This document shows, piece after piece, positions 1 to 11,600 of a stretch of 39,245 bases of DNA. Position 1 is the stretch's first letter. Every line of letters starts with the position of its first letter. A program made the position numbers and the translations under genes. This DNA is from Catajapyx aquilonaris (taxonomy: Eukaryota): positions 1-39,245 of the forward strand of contig KZ538943.1 of the NCBI GenBank assembly GCA_000934665.2. The letters are read 5' to 3'. The notes under the pieces are model-generated. The model searched no databases, was not told the DNA's origin, and saw nothing but the letters and a program-made list of their open reading frames with translations.

Positions 1-464
1 CCAGGTGGAAACAGAAAAAGGAGTGATTCGGCGAAACCGATTCCACCTTCTGCCAGCTCCAAAGCAGGAAGACCAAGAACGGCATCCGGAGGTTGAGTAG
101 CAAGAACCACCGGGAGGTGCTACGGTAGAACTGGAGCAAGAAGCAGGAGGTGGGCATTCACCAGTGAAGAAGGGTGGGAGTGACCAACGTGAAGTGCGGA
201 CACGATCAGGGAGAGTAGTGAAGCCAGTGGAAAAGTTGGACTTGTAAGTCAGGAAGTAAGGGGAAGAAAATTGTATTAGTATGGAAACAACAGCAAAGGG
301 GGGAGATGTAGTGTGTTGTATGAGTACAAGGTTGGAAATAAAGGGGGACTCCAGACAAGATGGCTGACCGAGTTGGACGTGTTTCACTAGGGGGACTAAG
401 TAAATGACTCGAATAAAACACCTTCCCATGATTTCCTAGTGTGAAAGCTGTGGATAGCAGTACA
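1..464 (+). mobile_element. 3' end of a Ty3/Gypsy-like LTR retrotransposon (pol C-terminus, PPT, 3' LTR)
   Basis: Frame 2 reads QVETEKGVIRRNRFHLL...*...RTRSGRVVKPVEKLDL* (2-247, internal TAG at 98-100). The GxxRRNRxHL and TRSGRxVKP motifs are typical of Gypsy (K02A2.6-like) integrase tails. A polypurine tract AAAGGGGGGAGA (295-306) directly precedes TGTAGT. Confidence 0.85.
307..464 (+). repeat. 3' LTR (~158 bp)
   Basis: Starts TGTA right after the PPT, has AATAAA at 412-417, and ends TACA at 461-464. The right end is inferred because the 5' LTR is outside the window. Confidence 0.65.
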
Positions 465-638
465 ACGCGCGGGGAATGCGAAAATTCGCAAAATTTCGGA
501 ACTTCAAGGTCACGGCGCGACCTCTAAATATTATCCGATATTGCCTATATTTTGCAAAAGTCCTTTTTTGTCAAAAGGAAACTTTTCATGACAATCCTTG
601 CTGACTTTTCAAACTTGCGTCATTTTTGGACCACCCTA
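465..638. mobile_element. Terminal fragment of a non-autonomous DNA transposon (TAGGGTGG-type, hAT-like end)
   Basis: Ends TTTTTGGACCACCCTA, the reverse complement of TAGGGTGGTCCAAAAA. The partner end is not in the window. Confidence 0.35.
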
Positions 639-1343
639 ATGGACATGCATCATCGTCAGGTAGCTGGTGGCAAAGGGTCCCTATGACGCCTTCAATGCTA
701 TGATTGTGTACACCATTGTCTCTTGATTAACCATCTTACACCACCGCACCGTCAAAAAGTGGAAAATGCTTTAGATATTTCAGATTAAGGAATACTGGCT
801 CGAGATTTAATTGGCATTTTGACGTAACCTGGATAACCTGTAAAGCCCACATGACCGATATGACTAAGATAATAATGTGTCCAAAATTATATTTCCTGCT
901 ACATGGTCCCTGCTAATGATTACATCAATGTCCATATGAGGTGTGGTCTTTTTCGTATGCCTTGATACACTCTATACTATAGTACAGTAGGCTATATATG
1001 CGGTTATAATTATCACCTGTGGGGTGTAAGTGTGAGCCTTGCAGGAGTCTGTAACTGAGGAAATACAAATAAGGTTATAAAACAAGAGATAAAAATCTTG
1101 GAACGAGGAGAATCACCTTCTGCCAAGATAAATTGTATTTACTCTCCAAGAACAATATTTTTGGCAACAAAAATATATTCAAAATTAACTATTGGGGAAA
1201 CCAGACCCTTCCTTCCACATGGCAGTACGCCCTGCCCTGCTTGAGAAACTAATCTTAGAGACCCCCATCCCACCATTTGGCTTACAATTTAACGCCTTAT
1301 TGCCTAGAATTAGATATGTACGGTATGTCATAAAATGTTTCAG

Positions 1344-1522
1344 CTCTTTTATTGCTTGTTGGAGCGTTCAGTAATCTGCAGAGAATGTCCATGCTGCCAA
1401 AGAATGATGTCTCAGACCTTATAAAAAGAGTTCTGAAAGAGAAGTCTCAAGATGGTGTCAAAGATAACATGCCTTCTGAGATGATGGATTTTGAAAACGG
1501 AGAGCCAGATCTAGCATTCTAA
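1344..1522 (+). CDS. Putative terminal coding exon of an unidentified plus-strand gene
   Basis: Acceptor TGTTTCAG at 1343, then an open phase-1 frame xLLLLVGAFSNLQRMSMLPKNDVSDLIKRVLKEKSQDGVKDNMPSEMMDFENGEPDLAF* (TAA 1520-1522) with protein-like composition. AATAAA follows at 2027-2032. Family not recognised. Confidence 0.45.
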
Positions 1523-2106
1523 TTTATTACGCAAGCAAACGGAGAATTAAACTGGCAGTAACTGCAGTAACAGGCACATAATACAGACAGCAGTACACTC
1601 CCCATAGCATCCCAGCAGAGTCAATTTCAAGACTACATGACCTGCACTTAATTACCTCTTTGTAACTTAACCATCAACACTGTGAAGATATGTGGTGCAC
1701 ACAAATGGACAAGTGCCCGTCAACGATTCATTGTCCGAAAGTCAGGTCTCTAGCTTTCATTCACTTGCACTCACAACACGGCGCCCAACATTGAACGTTT
1801 GTCTCTCAACCCCCACCACCTTCTCCCTATATTTATCCTCCGAAAATGATATAGAATATTATATATGTGGCACTGGAGAAACACTGTAGTTACATCCTGA
1901 CAGCCTCAACATAAATCCAATTTAACTGGAGTAGTCAACGCAGCATGTGGCATGCATGCATGTTGTGAAGCTCTGGATTGTATCATACCATATAGAGCAT
2001 GTTTGCCACGCACTTGAACACCCGGAAATAAATATGAAGCGGTGCATGCTAGGCGTTGATGACCACTGATATCCATTAATTGGATGAAATGCCAGAGTAT
2101 TAATTG

Positions 2107-2112
2107 TTTATT
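2107..2112 (-). promoter_or_regulatory. Candidate polyadenylation signal of the SCP-like gene
   Basis: AATAAA on the minus strand about 350 nt past the stop codon at 2460. Confidence 0.3.
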
Positions 2113-2459
2113 GTAAATGAGTAGACAGTTTGTCCGAGTAAAAGCCCTCACCTGAAATATATGTTCAGTTGAGCAACGCTAACGACATGCAATGAATAAC
2201 TCGCACTTTTTAAATACCATTTTTTTTAAATACGTACTTTCAAAATTTTCAATGGCGTGATCATTTCATCATAAATACTAAAACCAATCCTTCTCTTTCA
2301 AATACGCTGTACCGTGTAACCATTATACAAAATGATGGTGTTTGTCATCCAAGTAGGATCTCTCTTGATTGTGAACCGACGATGAAGATAGGGACAAGGT
2401 CTGGCCAACTGGTAGGAGTTGAGCAAGTGCCGGGGAGGGGGGAGGGGGGGGCACGTTGG

Positions 2460-2687
2460 TCATACGATAACGGACCGTCGGTTGCTCTGCTTATTATCTG
2501 GGTCGTACTTCTCCAGGTCTTCTGGAGCAGCGTTCAGGGCACTATAGTCGATGGGGAAGGAGCAGGTGAGAGTATGCGGTAGACACACTCCGAAGATGAA
2601 CTGCCCGGGGCCATGGGGGGCTCGACCCAGGAGGAAGTTGGCAAAGCACAGTTTGTACACGTGGTAAGTCAGCTTGGTGTCTTCATT
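2460..2687 (-). CDS. SCP/calexcitin-like gene, last coding exon
   Basis: Acceptor TTGGTTGCAG|AAT; encodes NEDTKLTYHVYKLCFANFLLGRAPHGPGQFIFG...NRRSVIV*. Confidence 0.92.
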   Translation of the reverse strand, partial: NEDTKLTYHVYKLCFANFLLGRAPHGPGQFIFGVCLPHTLTCSFPIDYSALNAAPEDLEKYDPDNKQSNRRSVIV

Positions 2688-5600
2688 CTGCAACCAAAAC
2701 ATGGTAAGATGACTCATGCTGAGAATATGAAAAATTGAAAAGGTAGGGCCCTATTTGAAATGTTCAGGGTGGTGTAGGCCTACTTGCACTACCCTGTACA
2801 TTTATACAGTACTTATGAATGATGTTTATTGGCACTGATGACACCTGTGACAAAACTGCTCTAATTCTAATATGTTTCTCAGTTAGTTTAGTAGGGTATA
2901 GGTAAGACCTAACTATGTGTACATACCGCACACTCCTAATGGGGTACTCACCGAAGTCATTCCATTGTAAACTTCGTCTAGCCCATCACGTACCACCGTT
3001 GGATCAAATCCCATAAAAGATGTGTAAAAGAGGCCAAGTTCTTCCTTACTCACCACACCAGAGCCTGAAAAATGCATAAGATTAGATGTTGGTCTAGATC
3101 CAGAGGAACACAACTGGGCTACGTGTATTATGGGTCAACAAGAGCTTTGAAGACGAATGCTTCCACTTCACAACGTCTCTCAAAATAACTCCCCAGAATA
3201 TTGTTGCGACATGATATCGATCTAGAGAGCAAGTCGTGTAGGGGAGACCGGGGCACAGTGGTACACTCTTGAACATTTGAATTTTTATAATAGCTCCAGT
3301 TATACCTACACACCCAATTTTTTCGGCATGCTGGAGGTACTCTTTGGTAATATAAGTGACTAAATAATATATTCACAGGTAGTGTTATCCCTTTGGCTTA
3401 AATAAATTTTAGAAACTGCCCTATGCAAATGGATCACTGTGCCCGGATGCCTGGGGCACAGTGGTCCGGAAGTGATTGGGACCCCTAATTCACACAGTAA
3501 GTATACTTTATTTTTTATTCTACATCTAACCCCTCTAAATAAACAGGAAATAAATGAAAGGGACTTCTGTTACTGCAACCTGCGGACACAAGTGAAACAT
3601 TGTCTCTCTCCAGAAAGTTGACCTTGTCCTGTTACATCATTTGGCGCATGAACTTTATTTTATACTAGTGTCTGTCAAAACCATAAGTATATAAAACTAC
3701 GATGATAACTGTACAGAGGCAAAAGGGTCGTCCACAAAAAGGTGCTCACTGGTCCATGGACCACTATGCCCCAGCAACTGACATGATGTTATGAATCGTA
3801 GCTTCGTTCCATTGAAAATGACGCTTTCCAAATTTCCAGCATTTATGCACAAAGGATGACACTATATTCAACAACATTTTTACATCAGGTCATGCCCAGC
3901 ATCTACGCCTGACATAGCATTTAAACTGTGGGTTAGAAGTTACTTCACTACCCTTTAAATAGATTTCTCCTGATACAGCAGGATCGTAGGCATCTCACAC
4001 GTGGCAAGAAGCACAATAGTAATAATTATGCTTCACTAGGTACCAGATGAAGACATTATTCCGGTTCCTTATATTTTTAATAAAATGGAAAGGACCACTG
4101 TGCCCCGGTCTCCCCTACTTTGCTGGCTCTGAATCTTTGTGGACAATCTTGAGAAACATTTGGATGCGAGAGTCAACTCAGGCGCCGACGTTGACAACGT
4201 TTATTAAAATAGAAGAGTGAAAGGATGCGTATACCACTAGGAACAATGCATTCATTTAAGAGGAAAATGTCAACGAGGTTGAAAATATTGCAGTAATGTG
4301 GTAAAATATTATGCAAGTTCAGCTATTTTCTCGGTCGCAAGGCCTGCCAGTTTCTCTTGTACAGGGTGACCGTTAAATACGCGCTTTAAATCTGAAACCT
4401 TCAGGTTTTTGGATGATCTGTTAACTTCATTCTCATTCTGGTTAACCCTGTAATGCCCCTTGGGTCATATCTGGCACACCATTTAGTGCAATTTGGCACA
4501 CTTACAGAAAATATAAAAATTGCAAAAATTGCAAAAATTGCACTAAATGGTGTGCCAGATATGACCCAGTGGGAATTACTTAGATTAGTGGCATTACAGG
4601 GTTAAACTTTTATCACTCTGTAAACTGAAGTGTTTATTTTCAAATTTAGGGGTAACCAGAATGATAGTCTTCAAGCTGGTAAACTAAGATCACAAAAGAC
4701 CATACACCTCAAAAAAGACAATACCATGCATTCTTTCACACAATATGTCCCATTCCCGCCTCCGTTCTTTCTTGCTTCAGATATTTTTAAAGGCACTGTG
4801 AAAATGTTTGAAAAGTACTGTAGGTTACTGGCATGTCCCTAAACTGAATATGGTATTATTACATTACTTAATTTTATTACGTACAGTACATCAACTGGTC
4901 AAAGTTGCTTGTAGGTCAATACAAGTTTACCTATATCTGCCCTGATCTGCCCCCCGACGTACTTTTGCTCTGTACAGGTGAACTTTAAAATGGCCACATG
5001 CTTGAATAATTCAGTGGGCCTACCATGTAGTACAGTATACTGCCCCAAATGCCGAGAAAAACCGTCTCACACTACAAGTTGTCCAGTGCCCGTGATATTT
5101 TAAGCACAGGGGCAGTGAAGCCTAAGCGAATGATTGTGTTCACAACTTTATACCACCACAAACCTCTATCTCATGCTCCTGGCTATAGTAGGCTACATAT
5201 CTTGCGATATAAAATTATTAATCACTTTTAATGTTTTTAGCCACACTGGGCCATTTTTTCCTATCTGAAGTGTACAACTATGTGCATCTAGTAATATTTT
5301 TAAATGAATTTAGAGTTTTCAGGAGTTTGATCACCTCAAACAATCTATGCTACATCTATACTGCAGTCGCGGCATTGCACTGGTACAGTTCAGTTTATTG
5401 GCCTTGACCAAAAGCTGAAAATGCATTTATTGAATTTAATACACTATTGACACAAAAAATCAAAACAAAAGAGACTAATTCATTTCGGTTTTTGTATCAC
5501 TTCATGCAGTATGACGTTTTTCATCAAAGCAGGAACAGGTGGGAACAGGAATTGCTTGTGGAGCTGCTCATAGTGATCGTGGTGGTGGTACACTACTGGA

Positions 5601-8600
5601 AAAAAACTGTCTTGTACTACCCCCGCAAGCGAAGCTAGGCAAGCTATTTTTCAGTTGTGTACACTGCCGTAGCCTATACAGAAAAACTTTGTATCTGCAA
5701 ATAGCCGTACGATCGACTTCTCGGGGGGTTTCAGCAAAGCGCTTGTGGAAGGTATGCACAAATGAGCACCAGAGAATACCCGTGCCATATACCTTTTCGT
5801 CATAGTCTGTTACTGTTTTCGATATTTCCTGCCCCTGCATTTTATCCAACGAGTACCCTGGTGGCCTGGTGGGAGATTGACATAAAGTTCTGACTCATTC
5901 TGTAGAACAATATATTTATTATTTAAACTGATTTAGCAATCAATCGTAGATTTTTGTGATATTGCCATATAAATTACGTGGAATATTGTGATGGTTAGAC
6001 ACCTGGACTATCTCAGCAGCGTTAGTGGTCCTACTATAGGGGCAATATTCCCTGCAATTCCCATTCCCATACCCATTGCTTCCGCACGATGTAACGACGC
6101 CTACGGGAGGTCAAGGAATCTCCCTTCCAGTCCATTACGCGGGAATCACGCACCTACCACCCTGAACAGTACCGGTCCATTATACAGAAAGCACCTCTGA
6201 TGATTGCAACTCATATACCACTCTGATATTACAGTATAATAGGGGAATGCCGCAGACGAGCAAGGCAAGAAAATCTATTAAGTAGATGTGGTCAACCGGT
6301 AGTCGGGTTGGTATTGGTGCGTGCCTACGACCATTATGGTTCTTATGCACGCCCCAATACCCTCACAAACAACCAAACAAATCTACATTACATACTAGGG
6401 TCATGACCCCCGGTAGTATGCAATGCTGGTGCTGCCCCCTGGGTGCCCCCAGTGGCGCGCATTTCAAACCATGGCAGGGGGTGCCCTGGTATCCAAACAC
6501 ACACATGTTTGCACGCCATTGGCTGTGGGGACATGGCTAACACAACTTTTGAAACCTAGTTTATCCTAACATAAATTATGCTAACCTACCCTAAAATACC
6601 TAACCTACCCTAACTAACCTAGGCTGAGATAAATGGTTTTTAAAGAGACCCAATTGTGGGGACGAGAAATGTCCCCGCAATTTGAAAATGTCCCCGCAAT
6701 TTGAAAATGTCCCCACAGTTACAGTTAAAAGTCCCATTTCCGTCCCCAGAGCTAATTGAAGACCCGTACATGCCATTTCGCCGCATCGGCTCACATTTTA
6801 GAGTGCGAACCACGTGGTGCGAATCTTACATTCTACTCGCACCAGTGCAGTGCGGTGTTTGTAACCCCTACCTATAGCGGATTTTTGGGACACATTATAT
6901 ATTATACACAAATCATGTGCACGGCACGAGGAGATCGAATGTGTTGCAGGCTAAGAGTAGAGTCACTTATTGATTGGTTGGATTCTAATGCCTGTTTTTC
7001 CCGAGGTGATTGATTTGGTCCCTGTGATCTTGCGTCAAGTAGGAAGGTCTCAATTTGACTGATTTCCCAGTTAAAGAGTCCATTGTCTGGATGGTCTGCG
7101 CATTTTGGGAATGAATCACTAGAGTCCTAATGCTATTGGATTAACTGGATTGTGTTATTGCACACCCCTGAGGTTTTTCTTATGAAACACCCTTTGTTTG
7201 ATGGTGATATGGGCTTTTACTGTTATTCATTGAGTGCGCTTATTATCGTGTTGTATCATTGGCCAACATCAAAATGTACTTTTGTATTGTGACTTTGAAC
7301 AAAAAAAGCACAAAATTGGCGAAACAACTTCCACTGCCTTTTGCTTTCGTTGTACCCTACTTGTACGTAATTTTGTTTGTGGGGTGATACATCCCAACTT
7401 CAAAGTGGACCAAGATCATGCATTATCATCGCAAAAAAAAAAAAATGGTCTAAGTAGAAAAACGGGGAGGTGTGGTGTCCGAGACGGTAACGTCTCGACT
7501 TGCTGAGTGAAAGGTCCCCGCCTGGGAGCTCCCTTTCACCTGCGTCAGGAGGGTCTCTGACCCGCACCTTGGAGGTGTCTGGCAGCCTAACCTCCTGGGG
7601 AACAGCACATGATCCATTTATCGGTATTGCACTTGCACCTACGTTCTCTCCCCAACAATCCCTACCCTTACCCATTGTCCTTGATTTCCCTGCACCGGAG
7701 TTTGAAGAAAACATAAAATTCGGAGAAAATTCCAATGGTGGTGTGGTAATGCACCCCCCTAAAAAGGGCTCAGCTCCCTCTAATGGGGTAAAGCATATAA
7801 GTAGAAAAACAACCATATCGATTGCATAATCAACCAGGTCAAGCAACAAATTACTGGTTGTACCTTATGAGTAACTCCTTATTGTCAACCGACAGAAAAA
7901 AGGTACTATCTCTGGAATTATCCAGTTACGAATAGCAGGGTCAAGGATCTGGACGTCTCCTGCAGACCAAATCTCAACAAGACTGCTTTAATCGATCAGA
8001 AATTCCAGAGAGGGCACTCCTTTTCCTTATACAGTCGGTACACCATGCGGTTGTACTCCCACGACTCTACCCCTGTCAAGACGCACACAAGAGCGCTCAC
8101 CATTTCGGTTGGCAATCTGGAAAAAAATTCTTGGAAAGTACTGCAGCCAAAGTGGGAAGTCCTCCAGACAGCGAGCCTTGTTCACCAAATGACCCCAAGC
8201 GTCCAGCCATTCCTCCAGGTTGACATAACTCCGGGAGCTGCAGTCAGACGAAGCTCCTTCTTCTGCAAGCAGTGACGGAGACATCCAACCTGAGTGAAAA
8301 TTGTTGCTTCAGAGCAACAATCAAGCTCGAAACACCAAAAACATGTCAGAAGAGAAGTATAGAGCTCGGCTAGGTAGACTAGAATCTCATTCACTGAGAG
8401 CTCGACTTTAGGCTTTGATTTTCTTCTCCTTCCCCACATCATGAGCAGAAAATTCCATTTCCCTCAGGCCACTTTCCTTCTTCCAAAATGACCCTCCTTG
8501 GGTAGTCTCGCAAGAATCCCGAGTTGCTATACTACTGAGGTATTATTTTTTTTTTGTGGAAAGGAAAGATACCCCGGAGGAAGGATCTGAGGCTTAGGGT

Positions 8601-11600
8601 GATCAAAGAAGCTTTTCCGCCGCCTTTTGTGCCCAAATGCAAAATAGGGTAATGAGCAGGGGTTGCCCCACTGACCTGCTTCAAAGACTGGTTTCGGAAA
8701 AGGAAGGATTGGACAACGGAGAATCGATACTCTTGATGGAATTTTGGACACGTACCTGGCCAAAATGCTTGAGAGTTGGGGATTTCCTTAAGGCTCTTAA
8801 TGGCAATGACTTTTGGAAGATTTGGCTGCTACTGGTTGTTACAAATTGTCTAATAATATCTGTATAGCCAACATGCACTTGTTTTTAATTAAATAACAAT
8901 ATTGGGTTATCTACAATCCTATTATTCGAATTCTTCCATAATTTTATCTCATTTTGGCCCTTTCCGCATACGAGAGGAAATCGGGTGGAATTCTGTTAAT
9001 CGAACCGTGCTCTTCAATCGTGTTTTCATCCGCAAAACCGACAAAAATATCACAATTTTGTAAACATGCACTACATATTTAGTTGTACAAATGATATTAC
9101 CCATCCCATAATTTACATTCTTCTTTGTATTCACACTGATCACTATGCTGATTAGATTACATCATTCAATAACGTAATTATTATAATTGCAGCCCTTTTT
9201 GATATGGGAGTTAACACGTCATTACATTAGGACGACTCAATAATTATGAGGCATTCCCATTTTTGTTTTTAGATATTTAGATATGGGCGGACGGGGAGGT
9301 GTAGATGGCCGAGATGGTAACGTCTCGGCTTGCTGAGTGAAAGGCCCCAGGTTCGATCCCCGCCTGGGGAACTTTCCTTTCACCTGCGTCAGGAGGGTCT
9401 CTGACCTGCACCAAGGAGGTGTCTGGCAACCTAACCTCCTGGGGAACAGCACATGACCTCTTTACAGACCTTGCACTTGCACCACATGTTCCCTCCCCAA
9501 AAATCCCTATCATTACCCCATGTCCTTTCATCCTTGCACCGGAGTTAAAAGAAAAAGCAGAAAATTGCAGGAAAAATGGTGGTATTCCACTCCCCTATAA
9601 GGGCCTACGGCCCTATCACGGGGTAACGTAAAGAGAGAGAGAGCGAGAGAGAGCGAGAGAGAGAGAGAGAGATAGGCGGGAGGAGAGAAACGCGATTTAG
9701 GCCGCGGACTTCCACGCAAATGTGAAATTAGCATAAAGTTCTACGGATGTAACCAGCCTTAAGTACATTTGGTTCCGATACTATCTGCCCAAAAACCTCA
9801 GTACAACCGATCACCGGCTTCGAACTCGAGACTTCCCAAGGCCTACTACTACTACCACATCGACCATTCCCTCCGTCAAATGTGCCATGGTGGAAATTAC
9901 GTTCGCTGCGGATTCCCTTTGCTGTCAACCGCACAATTTTAATTGCTCAGCTCCTTTAAATGGCACACCTCCAACCGCTATCGTTGTATTTTCTTTCCCC
10001 TCGGTAATTGCAACCAAGCATGCATGAGCAAGTACGATCGCTAAGGGTTCACGCTACAAAGCACCTGTGTAAAAGCAACGCTCAGGGTGAAATCGAGATT
10101 TTGAGTAGAAAAGCAAAAGGGTACGAACCTGAAGACCTGCGGCTGCCTCCACCAGGTTGTCTGGTGAGGAAACACTCGAGGAAACCAGAATGAACTTCCT
10201 TCAGGATGTTGAATTCGACCGAATCCGGAGTCCAGTCTGCATAGTGCCGAATCCGCTGCCGGGAGGGTCAAACAACTTGAATTACTTCCCAATGCATCAC
10301 TTGTGGGATATTCACCGCATGTATGCCTCGCTTAACTACCATGCGATGTTCAAATGAATATATGTTAGCTCATCATGGCCAGTCAAATTACCGTACTTAT
10401 CGATCATGAAGGGATTTTAACATGTGAGATTTCCCTGCTGATAAACTTGCATACATTTTGGGATGGATCTGATTAAACAAACTTTCATTTGAACAATAAG
10501 CCAAAAATACAAAAGTCCGTTTAGGGATCAGTGAATTTGCTCATGAACTATTCATGCCGAAAATTCTGCCTCGGAGCAGATTGTAATTATTTCTATAGGT
10601 GTTATGGAAATACTGCTACTGTACTTGCTTCTCGAACGGAAGTCTGAGATAATTGTGCTGTTACTCTTGCAATATAGTGTTAATGGTGTGCTTTACTTCC
10701 TGGAATCGCATCATCAGGAGTCAAAAGTCGTCTGGAATGTTCCGCCAAAATTAATCCACTGCTCCACAGCTTCTCAGAATTTACCTCGTTTGAGCATAAA
10801 TACCAGTGGTGCATATATACCTAATTGGACGCGGCAGGCTGGGTTACGAACGCATTTCCCTTAATTTTAGCAGAACTTTTGAAATGATGCCCTGATGCCA
10901 TGTGCACACCTTGTAAAACATATGGCGTGAATTACTAGCAAGTGCGTCAAAGGTATTAGTGTCTGGACAAAATTCTGGACGAATATTTGAAAGTATAATT
11001 TTATCTGATGAACTTTGCTGATGTGCAGGAAATAACGGATCATGATAGTAAGAATGATTAATTTGACTACTGTTATCAAAATACCGTGTTTGTTTTTAAC
11101 GCGTTGCATGCACATCAGAGAACCCAGAGTATGGACTTCATAATTATGACAGTCACTAATACCTCCGGACACCCCCATATTCTCCACAAACCTCTCTCCG
11201 CGCTTCTGTACCTCATTTAAAGCGTCGAAATCCTCAGCGGAAATGACATTGTCATGGTTCATGTCCAAAACATGCCGGAAAAAGTGAGTGAACTTGGCCT
11301 TCTGGAAGTCGGACAGGAAGTGCCGTCCAGCGCGCTGGTCCGGTTCATGGTTGCTCTCCTCGTCATCGCAGGAGCCCCTCTGCACCCACGTGGCTGAAAG
11401 ACAAACATTGCAGGCCAGACAAGAGGTATATTATGGGTGTGTTTGCATTCCAGCCCGACACCAACGGCACCGGAGATGAATCCACCCGTCTCCAGTACAG
11501 CCGGTATATGTGCTGCTAGTGTTCACGATAAGCGACATTTTCATGGATAAGACGTTGTGTAGCTGACAGCGCCATCCCCTAGCTGGCGGGCAGCAGTAAA

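Noticed and set aside
5470..5849. Possible transposase or viral coding remnant
   Set aside because: No motif recognised in the frames read; BLASTX would be needed.
7400..7849. 149-aa and 109-aa ORFs (and similar ORFs at 9237-9631, 20153-20463)
   Set aside because: They lie within SINE copies; the shared peptides only reflect the repeat.
8330..8880. Alternative exon or LINE RT remnant in intron 3
   Set aside because: The candidate 8756-8859 exon would break frame, and the YRARLGRLESHSL resemblance to CR1/L2 tails is too short to support.
9292..9370. tRNA gene
   Set aside because: A and B boxes are present, but they continue into a SINE body with tail and TSD, with no proper cloverleaf.
10867..11211. 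3' part of the 172-aa ORF
   Set aside because: Family similarity stops at the GTACAG donor at 11211; the rest is intron read-through.
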